Assembly (NCBI GenBank): GCA_040954595.2
Contig: CM082596.2
Location: 7,142,791-7,206,790 of the forward strand
Direction of reading: 5' to 3'
From: Balanoglossus misakiensis
Taxonomy: Eukaryota > Animalia > Hemichordata
Length of the DNA: 64,000 bases
In this document: piece after piece, positions 1 through 11,300 of the stretch
Numbering within the stretch: the stretch's first letter is position 1
How the letters are laid out: each line of letters opens with the position of its first letter
The notes under the pieces: model-generated
Told to the model about the DNA's origin: nothing
Database searches by the model: none
Seen by the model: the letters and a program-made list of their open reading frames with translations, nothing else
Translations under genes and position numbers: made by a program

Positions 1-2
1 AG

Positions 3-84
3 ATTATTTATTACGACAAAAAACCACCGAAAACACAAAAAGTATTGAGATTTAAAAATCACCAAGCGACTAGTGGGCTAGTCT
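3..84 (+). repeat. Dispersed repeat end (also at 62691-62777)
   Basis: CACCGAAAACACAAAAAGTATTGAGATTTAAAAATCACCAAGCGACTAGTGGGCT is shared near-identically. Confidence 0.85.
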
Positions 85-817
85 ATAGAAAAGCTGAAAA
101 GTCGCAATTATTTCAGGGGAAATGAGCACTCAGAAATGAAAGAATATTCTCAAAGCTCTGGCAATAAAATCTTACAAGTAAAATCTTCTGGTGAAGTCTA
201 TATACAATTCTATATACACAATGCAGGTATCGGGTAGAATGCTGATAACGGTTCATATTTTCAGTTTAAAGTAAAAGTAGCAGCTTCAATAAAAAGTTCA
301 TTCTTTGAAATAAACTTGCATCAGGTACACTTGAAAATGTACAGCAGTAGAGTGAGAAAGAATTTAGTGGACAATATGCCCAATGTCAAAGCTGTATGTA
401 ATGTTAATGCCCACACATATCTATACTGAGGTGGGGGACTCAAAGCCTCATAGCAAGGGTGGGGTGGGGTAGGGGTGGGGGTTGAGTTGACTGACAGAGA
501 ACGAATGCACAGATTTTCATCTTCAAAGCCCCCACCCCCTCCCCTCCCCACATATTTTTCTTACTTCGTCACCTTATTTGTTACCAAAGTTCCCTGTGGT
601 CTTTTGCCCTGGTGGGATTCTTCCAGATAACCTTGGTGCCTTTCAGAATAGTTCTAGTAATATTCGTAGTTTGAGTTTATCACAGAAGCATTACCAGGGA
701 CTTGAAGGACTAGTAAGCGACTTCTCTTACAAAATCAGCACCACAATGACAATACTAAACACACACACAAATTTACATTCCCCCATCATCGCTGCATCTA
801 CCATACTTTTCCTGTTT

Positions 818-3800
818 CTACCTGTCGGGGTCACTGTACGGGAAAACTTTCACGACCTGACCAATTCCTTTGGTTCTGCCTTCGCGGAACAGTAATCTGG
901 CTCCCTCCCGCACGTATTCCGGATGCTTGATGAACCGGAAGGTGACTCTGGCCTTTTCGTTGGTCTGTACACTGGACTGTGGAAGGGGAATGAGATGGTG
1001 ACATCGTGAACTGTTGTGCTGTTTTATACAATGGGCCTTGTGTCGTGTGTCACAAAATGCCCCTACCCTAATATAAATTCTATTACCGGTAGTTCAGTGT
1101 CTACACTGATCAGAAACACATTCATGATACAGTCACACTGCTACTGAAAGTGAAGGGGTTGTCGCGCCGCGTTTGTTTGTTTATAAACATCACAATCCAT
1201 CCACAAATCCCTGAAATTAGATCATTCTTAGAGTGAACGAAGCAGCCAACTGTAGCGTAGACTGGGCATGACAGCGGCTGAAGATCCTAGCAGGTCGTGG
1301 CGACTGCAGTGGGTTTGTGCTGGTACGGGAGGACATATTCTCATTGAGGGGGACACCCACGCGGCGAGACGACCGCTTCCCTTGAAGTGATTTAAAGAAA
1401 AGTTGGGCCTAAAAACCACAATTTGACTGGACCTACCCTATCAATGTGCTCCAACACAGCTGTCTGGCACACGCTGCCGATGTGAACTGTCGTCTGGAAT
1501 CGGGTGGTGATCGCCGTACAGTGGAACAGCACGTAGACGTCCGCCTCGAAGGACACACAGGACTGGGGCTTGGCGTCCGGGCCAACCATGACCATACCCT
1601 AAAAGTTCAGACAGTCAAAATAAATCAAGAGTATTCCATCAGTGGCTGTGTCAAAATACATCTGACAACAAAATTACTGTCTACATCTATGACGATACAA
1701 GTAAAATACGACAGTGCAGTGGTACAAACAACAGTCGGTTGCTGGAACTCAAATCGCCCACTTTCTCCGCATTCGGCCATTTTCTATCTTCAATCACCGA
1801 TTCTCTGCCGGACCGCACTGCAGGTCTAAACTGAAGCATATATCACCTGGAAACTATTCTACATTGTATACCTTTCTCAGTGTGATCTTATCATAGTCTC
1901 CCAACGCCAACGTGCCAGCCTGTGATGGCCTCATGATCCGACACGCCGATCTGTTCCTGTGAACTGAATTGACCTTCACGGGTAGGAAGTCGCCATTTTC
2001 GGACGGGCCTATGAGTAACGTGTCCTCTTCTGTTATTGTCCCCCTGAGGAATAAATTCATGTACGTGAACATATTAGCAGTTCAGGCGGAATGCTCAATA
2101 TTTAAGGTTTACAGACAGAGTCATGTCAGTGGTAACTATGGTAACCATCACATATTTCAATGAGTAAATTCTTATATACATCAATAAGAAGTCTTTTCTT
2201 GTTGGGGATTACTAATGCTTGATTACAAACAATCACTCACCTCAGCAGTGTACCTCCTACAACATTGCCCACATGAGGAACATTAAAAATTTCATCAACC
2301 TGCAATAAAACGTTCAACATGTGTGATCATTACCTCATCCAAAAACACCATGTGATAGTAATATTACAAGTCTTGAAACCCTGGGCCTTGTGTAATCTCT
2401 AATATAAAAGGGCATTGACAAAGTCTTTGTTACATTACCTCCAGTACACACAAAACAATTTCTTGATGTAGGTCTATCAGTTTGTCCTTGACTTTACCTG
2501 AAATTCTGGTGACTCTTGCGTTAATCTCTCTTGTTCTTTGCTGTTGTGCAAAGGCGGTAAGACATTGAGGAAGCTTTTCAGTAAATCCAAATGTTGGCCA
2601 GTAACACTGGACACTGTAAATATTGGACAAACCCTGAAATGAAAAAGAATATGTGTGTTTTTACATCCAATGTGATGTGTTTTCTATCTTACCCACTAAC
2701 TTACTAGTACTGGTATTATTCTTAGTATCAGAGATCTTGCTCTGAGTATGGATATCGGACATTTGAAGCAAGCCATTTTCAGAAGAAATTATGTCGGCAG
2801 TGAATGTTACACTAACCGTGTGGAGTGAAGATGTGTCGCAGCGGTCATCGCATCATCCACATTCCGTATCCTCAACGTGACTTTGTTGCATCCCGGTCCC
2901 TTCAGCAGTCTCTCCAAGTACAAGACGGTCCTCTCCACGACGGCGGGCGGGCACAGGTCTATCTTGCTGACGACTACAAACACGGGGACTTGCAGGGCCA
3001 TTGCCAATCCCAGGTGTTCTTTCGTTGTACCGACTGCGTGAGAACGACAATATCAGAATGTTTAAATCAGAATTTATTTTCACCGGAATCTTAACACTGA
3101 GCGATAATTTTGCACTAATCATGCTTTTTCACAATAAGTGTGACACTTGCATGCAAAAATGCCTCAGCAAGAACACTGGTCTACACCCACATCAATGTTG
3201 CACATACTATGTTACATTGCACATAGTATGTTACGTTACATTACAAACCCACCCCACATCAATGTTGAATTACATCCACATCAATGTTGCACATACTATG
3301 TTACACTGCACATAGTATGTTACATTACATTACATTACAAAACCCACCCCACATCAATGTTGAGTGCATAACACAACCACTCACCTACTCCCATATTGGC
3401 ACTGACCACTAACATGGCAAAGTCGGGTGAGTGACCGGTCAGGCCAAATATGGTAGTCTTCAGGTACTTCTGATGACCAGCTAGGTCTATGAAGGTGATG
3501 AGCTTGGACGCCTGTTCACAGATCTCCTCCGCTCGTCTGGAGTCACTGTAGTTTATGACCTTGACAAAATTCAAAAGGTGAACTGTTAAAGCGGGTAGCT
3601 CGTCTCACGCGCATGCGCGTATCTTCCCAGCAAATTTTCTGTTTTATGCATTCAAATAGTGGACTGCCTTCGCTTCCTTCCATATTTCATGCGCACCGTG
3701 TAGGTAGATTCTGGTTTCGTCCTTTCTTTTCACCCACAAGCTAGAGTCTTTTACCGATCTCCGACACAGATTATGGTCGCCGCCATCTTCTCTGTTGTTA

Positions 3801-6800
3801 GGACAGAGCACTGCCTTATGGGATTGACTGTTCACTAAACGTCTGTAACCAGCGGCTTCAGTTGGAACATGCGTGTGAGACGAGCTACGCGCTTTAATCT
3901 AGGGATGTTCAAAACTGCTTTCCAGAGTGTGTAGTTATTCTCAAATAACCCCCACAAAAGACAAAAAAAGATCTGCCCCCCTTACCTCTCCTTTGCTATC
4001 GAACCCTAAAATTTCATGGCTTATACTGGAAGTTCTCCCGGATTGTATTTCGTGGAGATGTCGGAAGAGGTTGAGTCGGGCGCGCCCTCTTCCGTTGTCC
4101 TTCTCGCCTTGCGTCAACACTCCCAGAATTGTACTTTTGCCGGCGTCAGCGTTGCCGAGAACCGCCAGACGGAGATCTATGAACTGACGGAAGAAATGAA
4201 CTGTGTCATAAATGGAAGACGCAACACAAATTCTCTCATAGCACACACTTAACCATAGATTAAAGGTACACAATCACCATTACTTTACATATACATGTAT
4301 GTCCAGATATGGGCATACGTAAATCTCAAAATCCCTAAGAATTCCCGGGAAAAATGGGATCTTTTATTATGACAAGCTTACCAATCTGATTTTCAAATGC
4401 TAATTTTTCATCCAGTCAGTCAATATGAACGAATACCAATCAGATTCTAGTTTCCTTTTTTTTTCCTTTTTTGAGAAACTCTGTGATCAACGAGAATTTT
4501 CTGTTACCTGCTGGTCGTCAGGGACTTTTCTGACCAGGACTTCACAAGCTCTTCTCCGAGGTTCTGCTCCGACACTCTCCACCATCCTCTCTCGCAATAT
4601 TGTTGTGGATGCCCCAAGTCTGAAAGATGTGTGACAAGAAACATTAGAATTTACCAAGTACTGAATGGACACCAATTGTTCTGTAACCACTTAAAGTGAA
4701 TGGGTCGTCACGCCGCATTTGTTTGTTTATAAACATTACAATTCATCCACAAATCCCTGAAATTAGATAATTCTTAGAATGAACGAAGCAGCCAACCATA
4801 GCAAAGGCTGGGCATGACAGCAACTGAAGATCCTAGTAGGTCGTGGCGACTGCAGTGGGGTTTGTGCTGGTGTGGGAGGACATATTCTCATGAAGGGGGA
4901 CACCCACGCGGCGCGACGACTGCTTCCCTTTAATTACACAATGTCTTTCCATACAGGCTAACATGGCACAGACACACGGAATGCACATTACAAAACATTA
5001 TCAACTCAGAAAAAAAAAATTATATGGCCTTTTCAAGTAACTATCAGATCCAATTTCACTCCAGACAGATGTAAGGTCACAAAAGTGTTCTCACTTTTCA
5101 GCCATTTTGTCGAGTGTTTCCAGAGATGCCTCCAAATCCTCATCCCGGAGTCCTGCCAGCATTCCGTTATCCTCGATACCAATCTCGTAGATGGCCTCTC
5201 CTTGGCCTTCCCGCAAGCGCCATTTCATCTGCGTCACCAGGTGCTCGAAGCGGAAAGGTGACGGGTTGACGAGTTTCAGCTGGAAACAAGTTTACACAAA
5301 CTCATTTAAAGTACAGGAGATAACTTCAGGGTATGAGTTGAGTAGTAACAATATGGGATTGATTAAATCTATAAAACTTCATTCAATATTTAAGCAATAA
5401 AACACCCCAAGCCATGGTATACAACTCCATATACGCACTCGCTATCGCTCGTGCGTATATGTCGTGAACTGGTCAAAATCTCGTGGTATACCATGGCTGG
5501 GGGTGTTTTATTGCTATTATATTATGCCAGTATATTGAAACTTTGCGTAAAACATTTTAAAAAGGCATTTTCTTTGACTATGATATATGACTGTGGTATG
5601 TGACGAATATATCACAGTCACGTGTCGTGTCTCAACCAATAAAATTGCGTGATTTACACCATCAATATACTGGTATAATATATTTGCTGTTGATACCTTT
5701 GGTACTCTGAATTTTGATTTAATGAACAGTGCAAAGACTTTCTACTATCTCGCCTACAGTGGAGCGCCCTCAGTGACTGAACTTGGCATGGCAACAATCT
5801 ACCAAAAACCTTGGGTCTATTATATCATATGCAATAACTATTCCCCTTTAGCCTGGCTGGAATCACCTCTGTAGTCTTGATGAAACAGTATAGTTTGAAT
5901 TGCATTTTCGGAAAAAAAGAAACTCTTACCTTGTACTCTACATTGCCTTCTTCAATCTGTGAGAAGAAAAATAAAATAAAAAGTGATTGACATATAATGA
6001 TGTCAACATTCCTGAATATCATCTTGAAAACGATGATTGGTATTTTAGGATTGCGACTGGTATTTGGAGTTCCTGATACAGAAATGGTGGTATGAAATGT
6101 ACCTGGTTTTCAAGAACCGTATACATTAGTAAGGGTATACATATGATGCAACATATGAACCTGAGACCTTCAGTTCTACTTGAATAAATTACTTGACAAC
6201 ATAGCGACAATGTTGAAGCCCTACAAATTCAGGATGTTTGTTCTTTGATTTTAGTGAAAGAGAAAAAAACTTGTGGTTGGTGAAAATAACTTCTACTGAT
6301 TTACCAACCTCCAAGGAGGCATGTATCATTACATGCAAATATCACCCTTGGCAACGTATATGATACCAGGTGCCACTGTCCTTTGACATCACTGGAGAAG
6401 TTAGTTTATTTTTACTTAAGATATGGATATCACTAATTATTCCCAAATCTGTAATCTGCTGAATTAAAGATCCACTCTCAACCAGCACCTTGACTTTTTC
6501 TGACATTACTTTTAGCACACCATTTGCTGGTGTAAAGGCTATTGTTATAAGAAATTGACGATATCACAATCTGACATTGAAAGTCTAAACATTGGAATGC
6601 TCCATGGGAGATCAAGGTCGTTTCGGTGCTTTGTTATTGTTTACGTTGACAAGTTCACGTACACTCGGACATCAAGCAAACAGTATGATGCAGTTTTATT
6701 ATTATCATTTCAGGATGATGACATCATCATCACGTCATTGTCACTGGGAAATTGATGTGGGTCGGTACCAGCCCCGCCCACCAGATATCACAAGACATCA

Positions 6801-7240
6801 AACAATCCCGGATAAAATCAGAACAATTACTATACGTATTTTTACTACAAAATGCGTTATCATGACCTTGTCATGACCCGAGGCCTTTCTATGGACCATG
6901 CATTACGCCACGTACGCGGCATTCAGGTGTGAAGCCCCCGGGGGCCGCGAATCGACCGGCTGACGTTGTTTTGCGGCGCTTCTGCCGATCTGCCTTCTGT
7001 GGGCTCTCAACTCTCCCAATCATCTTCAACTTGGCTGGACACAGCCGTTGGCGCATACTCAGGAATGCACTGAATATGATTAGCATAGATCGATGCATTC
7101 CATGGTAATCATGTTACGTGACCCAGATATCTACATTTAAAACAAAAACAAGGCCAACCAACCTCTGGAGGAAGACTCGACAAGGAAGGCAGAGACTTTT
7201 TATCACTGGACGCAGCGTCCACATTCAGACTTGAATCCAT
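818..7240 (-). CDS. GTPBP2: GTP-binding protein 2 (translational GTPase, eEF1A/GTPBP family), ~559 aa, 12 coding exons
   Basis: Coding exons (minus): 7240-7163, 5956-5930, 5279-5095, 4619-4508, 4183-3986, 3559-3385, 3033-2817, 2633-2498, 2299-2241, 2043-1872, 1598-1437, 976-818. All introns are GT-AG with consistent phases; total 1680 nt. Translation contains [38 protein letters not shown]-loop [36 protein letters not shown] and C-terminal [12 protein letters not shown]. Confidence 0.95.
1145..1386. mobile_element. MITE family A copy 1 (Kolobok-like non-autonomous DNA transposon), TGAA target duplication
   Basis: Imperfect ~22-bp TIRs (AGTGAAGGGGTTGTCGCGCCGC / GCGGCGAGACGACCGCTTCCCT), flanked by TGAA on both sides; highly similar to 4691-4933. 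Confidence 0.85.
3184..3362. repeat. Tandem duplication (~88-93 bp unit, about 2 copies) in a GTPBP2 intron
   Basis: Repeated CCACATCAATGTTGCACATACTATGTTACA.TGCACATAGTATGTTAC.TTACATTACAAA.CCCACCCCACATCAATGTTGA. Confidence 0.8.
3586..3897. mobile_element. TTAA-flanked MITE (Kolobok-like) in a GTPBP2 intron
   Basis: TTAA|AGCGGGTAGCTCGTCTCACGCGCATG ... CATGCGTGTGAGACGAGCTACGCGCT|TTAA; ~26-bp near-perfect TIRs. Confidence 0.85.
4691..4933. mobile_element. MITE family A copy 2, TTAA target duplication
   Basis: TTAA|AGTGAATGGGTCGTCACGCCGC ... GCGGCGCGACGACTGCTTCCCT|TTAA; closely matches 1145-1386 in the same orientation. Confidence 0.88.
5391..5682. mobile_element. Double inverted-repeat element (A...A'B...B'), possibly a non-autonomous Crypton-type element
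   Basis: Arm A AGCAATAAAACACCCCAAGCCATGGTATAC (5393-5422) pairs with 5486-5515; arm B TATATTATGCCAGTATATTGA (5518-5538) pairs with 5662-5682; internal hairpins present. The family assignment is inference. Confidence 0.65.
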
Positions 7241-8371
7241 GGCAACGTTGCACGTACTACCGATCAAAATCGAATACAGGCTTTGGCGTTCGCATTTCCC
7301 CAATATTCACCGGCACAATTTGGGTAACCGGCATATGTATGTTTTGTAGTCTACTCTTACAGCTGTTTTACGTCAGCCAGAGTTACCCGTATGTTGACAT
7401 TCTCTGACCAGTGTGCATACAGTTCTGGTGACGTAAGCATTATATGTGTATTGGCAGATATATTGCCAATGCTTTCATAATTATTACAATAAAACGAGTC
7501 ATAGGTAGTTTCATCACTGTCGGAAAGTCGCGGTGTCTTAGTACTTCTGTTATAATTACTTATGATGTGGATAATGAGCTAATTAACACGACGCATTACT
7601 GAAATGAACAACCGAACGCGACTACTCTTTTGTGATACCCTCCTAAATTTGCATACCTGTGATACAACCAATCAACGACCGCAGTATTTCGAAAGTAACC
7701 AATCGCCTCCTTTCGCGCCCATTTTCGTTACTGGTGATCATTTTCCAATCTCCAATGTGTGTAAACAATAGCGGTTCTCAGCCGACAGTGTGTAAATTTA
7801 CCTGCAAATAACCTGAACGCAATCGCGCACAACTAAAGGTATGTGGAGAAATGATCATTCGAGACATCTACATCAGAAATGCTGCTATGTAATATACAAC
7901 ACTGTTCTTTTCTACAGAGACGCAACGCCTGAAGTTGTAATATGGATGTGTACCTAATCACACCGGCTTGTAAACGTACCGGTGTTATCGTGACGACACA
8001 CGCAGTTATTTGTATGGTTATTTCATAATTGTGGCATAATACTGGCAACATGATTTAACAAAAGTTCATAAACTGATCGGCGTTCTGTAGATTATATAAA
8101 AAAGAATGTACACGCAGGAAATGTTTTGATTCCCCAACGCGGAAGTCAACACACTTTTTTTTGTTTCCATGGTTTTGTTTCTTTGTTGAACGCCTCCCCA
8201 CCCCCATGTCGATTTCTGTTTACGAGTTGGAAATTTATGTCGATATCATTTAATGATTATTCCTATTTAAGTCATAGGAAACAGTTTACATGGTTGACAC
8301 CAGACTCGCAAATCTGTGAAATCACTATTGGTAATGTTGTTAATTTCTATTATTTTATGGAAAGAGTCAAG
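7241..8371. promoter_or_regulatory. Shared divergent promoter region of GTPBP2 and LBR
   Basis: The two ATGs are ~1.13 kb apart, head-to-head. CCAAT boxes at 7668, 7699, 7745 and 7752; E2F-like TTTCGCGC at 7711-7718; octamer ATTTGCAT at 7647-7654; CRE-like TTACGTCA at 7368 and TGACGTAA at 7429; local CpG enrichment. Confidence 0.65.
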
Positions 8372-11300
8372 ATGTCTGGCCGGAAATACAAAGTTGGTGA
8401 TGCCGTGATGGCCAGGTGGCCGGGCAGCAAGCTGTGGTTCCCTGCCTCCGTCATTGGAGCAGCCACAAACAAGTACGAAGTCAAGTTTGAAGACGGGTCA
8501 GAATTTGAACTGGATGCCAAAAGTGTGAATGTAGGTATCTGTGTGGGTACAGAGACAGCTTTCATTTCAAGATCTGTATATGTGTTAGGTGCTACCTTTT
8601 CCAAAGTTTATATCTGAGTATCTTTGAAATCTCAAACACTCGAAAGTTTCCCGAAAGCCCTGGAAAATAAATTGATGGCTAACAGTAGAAGATGTACATT
8701 AGCCGTCAAAGTGTTTACAGTGTTTTTATATTAAAATTAATTAGAATCAGCTGTGTTTTTATATTGAAAATAAGTAGCAACTAACTAGTAGATTTATTTC
8801 ACTCTACTTTTGAAGATACCATGTTTGTCAGTCAGTATTTCTTCATCAAAATGTCAATTTCTTACATATGTTTAATTGGTTTGATAGGGTCTCATTTGTA
8901 AACTTCTGAGACAAAAGTTATGTTATTGTAGTAAAAGTCATCTTGACCTTGTACTCTTTCAGACTGAGGTGTCATTCAAAAAATCACGGTCACCGTCACG
9001 CTCTCCTTCAAGACGCAGACGGTCTGCGTCTCCATCACGGAGGAGGCGGTCAAGGTCCCCAGCCCGCAAGCGGTCACCATCACCCTCGCCGAACAAGCCA
9101 GCAACCAGGGGCCGAACTCGCACAGTGACAAAGAAGGAAGTTGTCGTTACATCCACGCCAAAGTCAACTGTCACTAAAGTAAGAAAACACAGCTTGGTCT
9201 AAAATAATTTATTGTATTATGAAATGTGACACATTCAGTGTGTCTGTCTTTAACCCATTCACTGCCAAGATCTGGTCCAAATCCATTGTTTTCTATGATA
9301 AAGTTGGACCTCTGGAGTGGGGACTGATAAATGAAAGGGTTAAAGGTACACAGTCACCTATGCAAATTTAGCCACAGTCTGAGTCACCATAGTTTTCAAA
9401 ATATTATTTGAAGGTACACTCGCCTGATTATGTTTAAAAGACTAAGATATAAACTGTAAATTAGAGCACTCCAATAGTTGTACAGAATTAGGGTGATTCT
9501 TCATTTCACTGATCTGTATGATGCTCTGTGCAAAAACTTTTGACTGTGAGGGGGTCATATATGTGTGTTATACCCCAAATTTGAATTGATGAACCCAAGA
9601 TTCGAAAGGTCATCGTAAAAACAGAGCGCCATAGAGAGTTCTGATGTATCACTCAAACCAACACTGACAAAACATTCTTTTGTCACAGTCTGTAACCAAC
9701 GAAGTAACACGAACTTACGTGACAAGATCCGCGGCCAAGAAAGGCGAAGCCACCTTGGCGCTTTCTGTCGACGTGAAAACTGGACGGGTGCCCAGAACCA
9801 AAGATCTCAGTTTTGGTGGCAGCATTGGTAAGTAAACCAGATCTCGGTCATCTCTCTTATCCAAATCTGTTATATTTCTGCTTTTTGTAGCCTGGTGTTT
9901 GTCATATATTGTGATCAAAATCTTGAATACCTGATTCCACTACGGGGGGGGGGGGGGGGGGGGGGGGTTATATATAAAGGGAAATCAGTCATTTAGATAA
10001 ATTTGTAACAGGCGGGCAAGATAAACTAACAGCTGGTCAAGGCACATAAAATTTGCCCCTATGTGTGTTTGGGATTTGGGAACTTCATAGCAGGTCATAT
10101 GCTGAGTTCAGACGGCCATTTTGACCAGTGATTGGCTATTCTCTACATCACTGGGAAATATGGGCATACTGTTATTGACCTCAGAAGACGTTCCATGTTC
10201 TTATAAAGAAGTGCATCTATTGTCTTTGTTTACTGACATACCGTAGGTTATTTATTGACTTGTTTTTGTTTGTGTGTAATCGTAGGCTGCTCCATTGCCA
10301 TCCTTCTGCACCCAGCACTGATCATCTACCTGTACCTGGCCTGCACCGCCAAGTCCTGTTCGCTGCTCACCAAGCCAGCCCTCGGCAAACTCGAAGATTA
10401 CTTCGACAGACAGGCGACGCTGCAGTATCTCGGGCTGCTGCTGTTCCTCGCAGTGCTGTCGGTGTTGCCAGTCGGGAAGGTACGTGTGCAACAGTTAGCT
10501 ACATGCAAAACACTACTGTACGTATGTAGGATTTCCTTGGGATTCTGTCTGATACAAAAGCATGACTGACAACGGTCTTGCATTGGGGGAGGTATCAACC
10601 ATGTGAAGTTCACACAAATACTCGTTGGTGATCACTGATGTGTAGTACGCTGTATTACTCAAAAAGAAAACAATAAACATTGAAATACTGATCCCAAATC
10701 AGTTTAGCATATTCGTATTGATGGTAATAAAAAAATGTCTTGTGATTTTTCAGGTTTTTGAAGGTCCAGCGATGAGAAACGGACAAAGAATGCAGTACAG
10801 AAAGAATGGTAAGGAAAAAAATTGCATTTGTTAGATTTTTCATCAAAAAAAAAACTTTTTGCTGAAGTTTTACCCAAGTTGTCATATAGGCATTTGCATT
10901 GGTTGTTTTTTTTGCCTGTTTATGCAAAGGGCGACATCTTCAACTAACATCAATGTGGTGACGTATTCCTCTGTGATTTACAGGTCTGTGTATGTTACTG
11001 ATCAGTCTCTCGGCACTGGGTGCGGGCGTGTGGTATAAGGTGCCACTGGTGACAGCGTACGACAACTGCCTGCGGTATCTGTCTGTCAGTATCGTCGTGT
11101 CAACGCTGCTCGGCATTGTACTGTACGTGAAGTCCCGGAGAGCTGCCGGAAACGCTCTGGCCCCACAAGGAAACTCCGGTGAGTTTGGGATTTTTTTACA
11201 GACTTCGATGGGACAAGTCGACATGATATTCCTTGGTTCTTGGCCAGCAGCTGAATTTTTAAAATTCAAATGGAAGCATTTCAAAATACTCATCGAGAAA

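Noticed and set aside
3184-3362. Repeat array superficially like CRISPR
   Set aside because: Eukaryotic intron; a plain tandem duplication with no unique spacers and no cas genes.
6705-6740. Possible C/D-box snoRNA (TGATGA/CTGA words) in a GTPBP2 intron
   Set aside because: The boxes are too close together and form a short palindrome (GATGATGACATCATC); there is no guide region.
6889-7098. GC-richer ORF in GTPBP2 intron 1 as a possible alternative exon
   Set aside because: No homology recognised and no clear splice-site pair; exon 1 already joins exon 2 in frame at the conserved LPPE-xEEGN motif.
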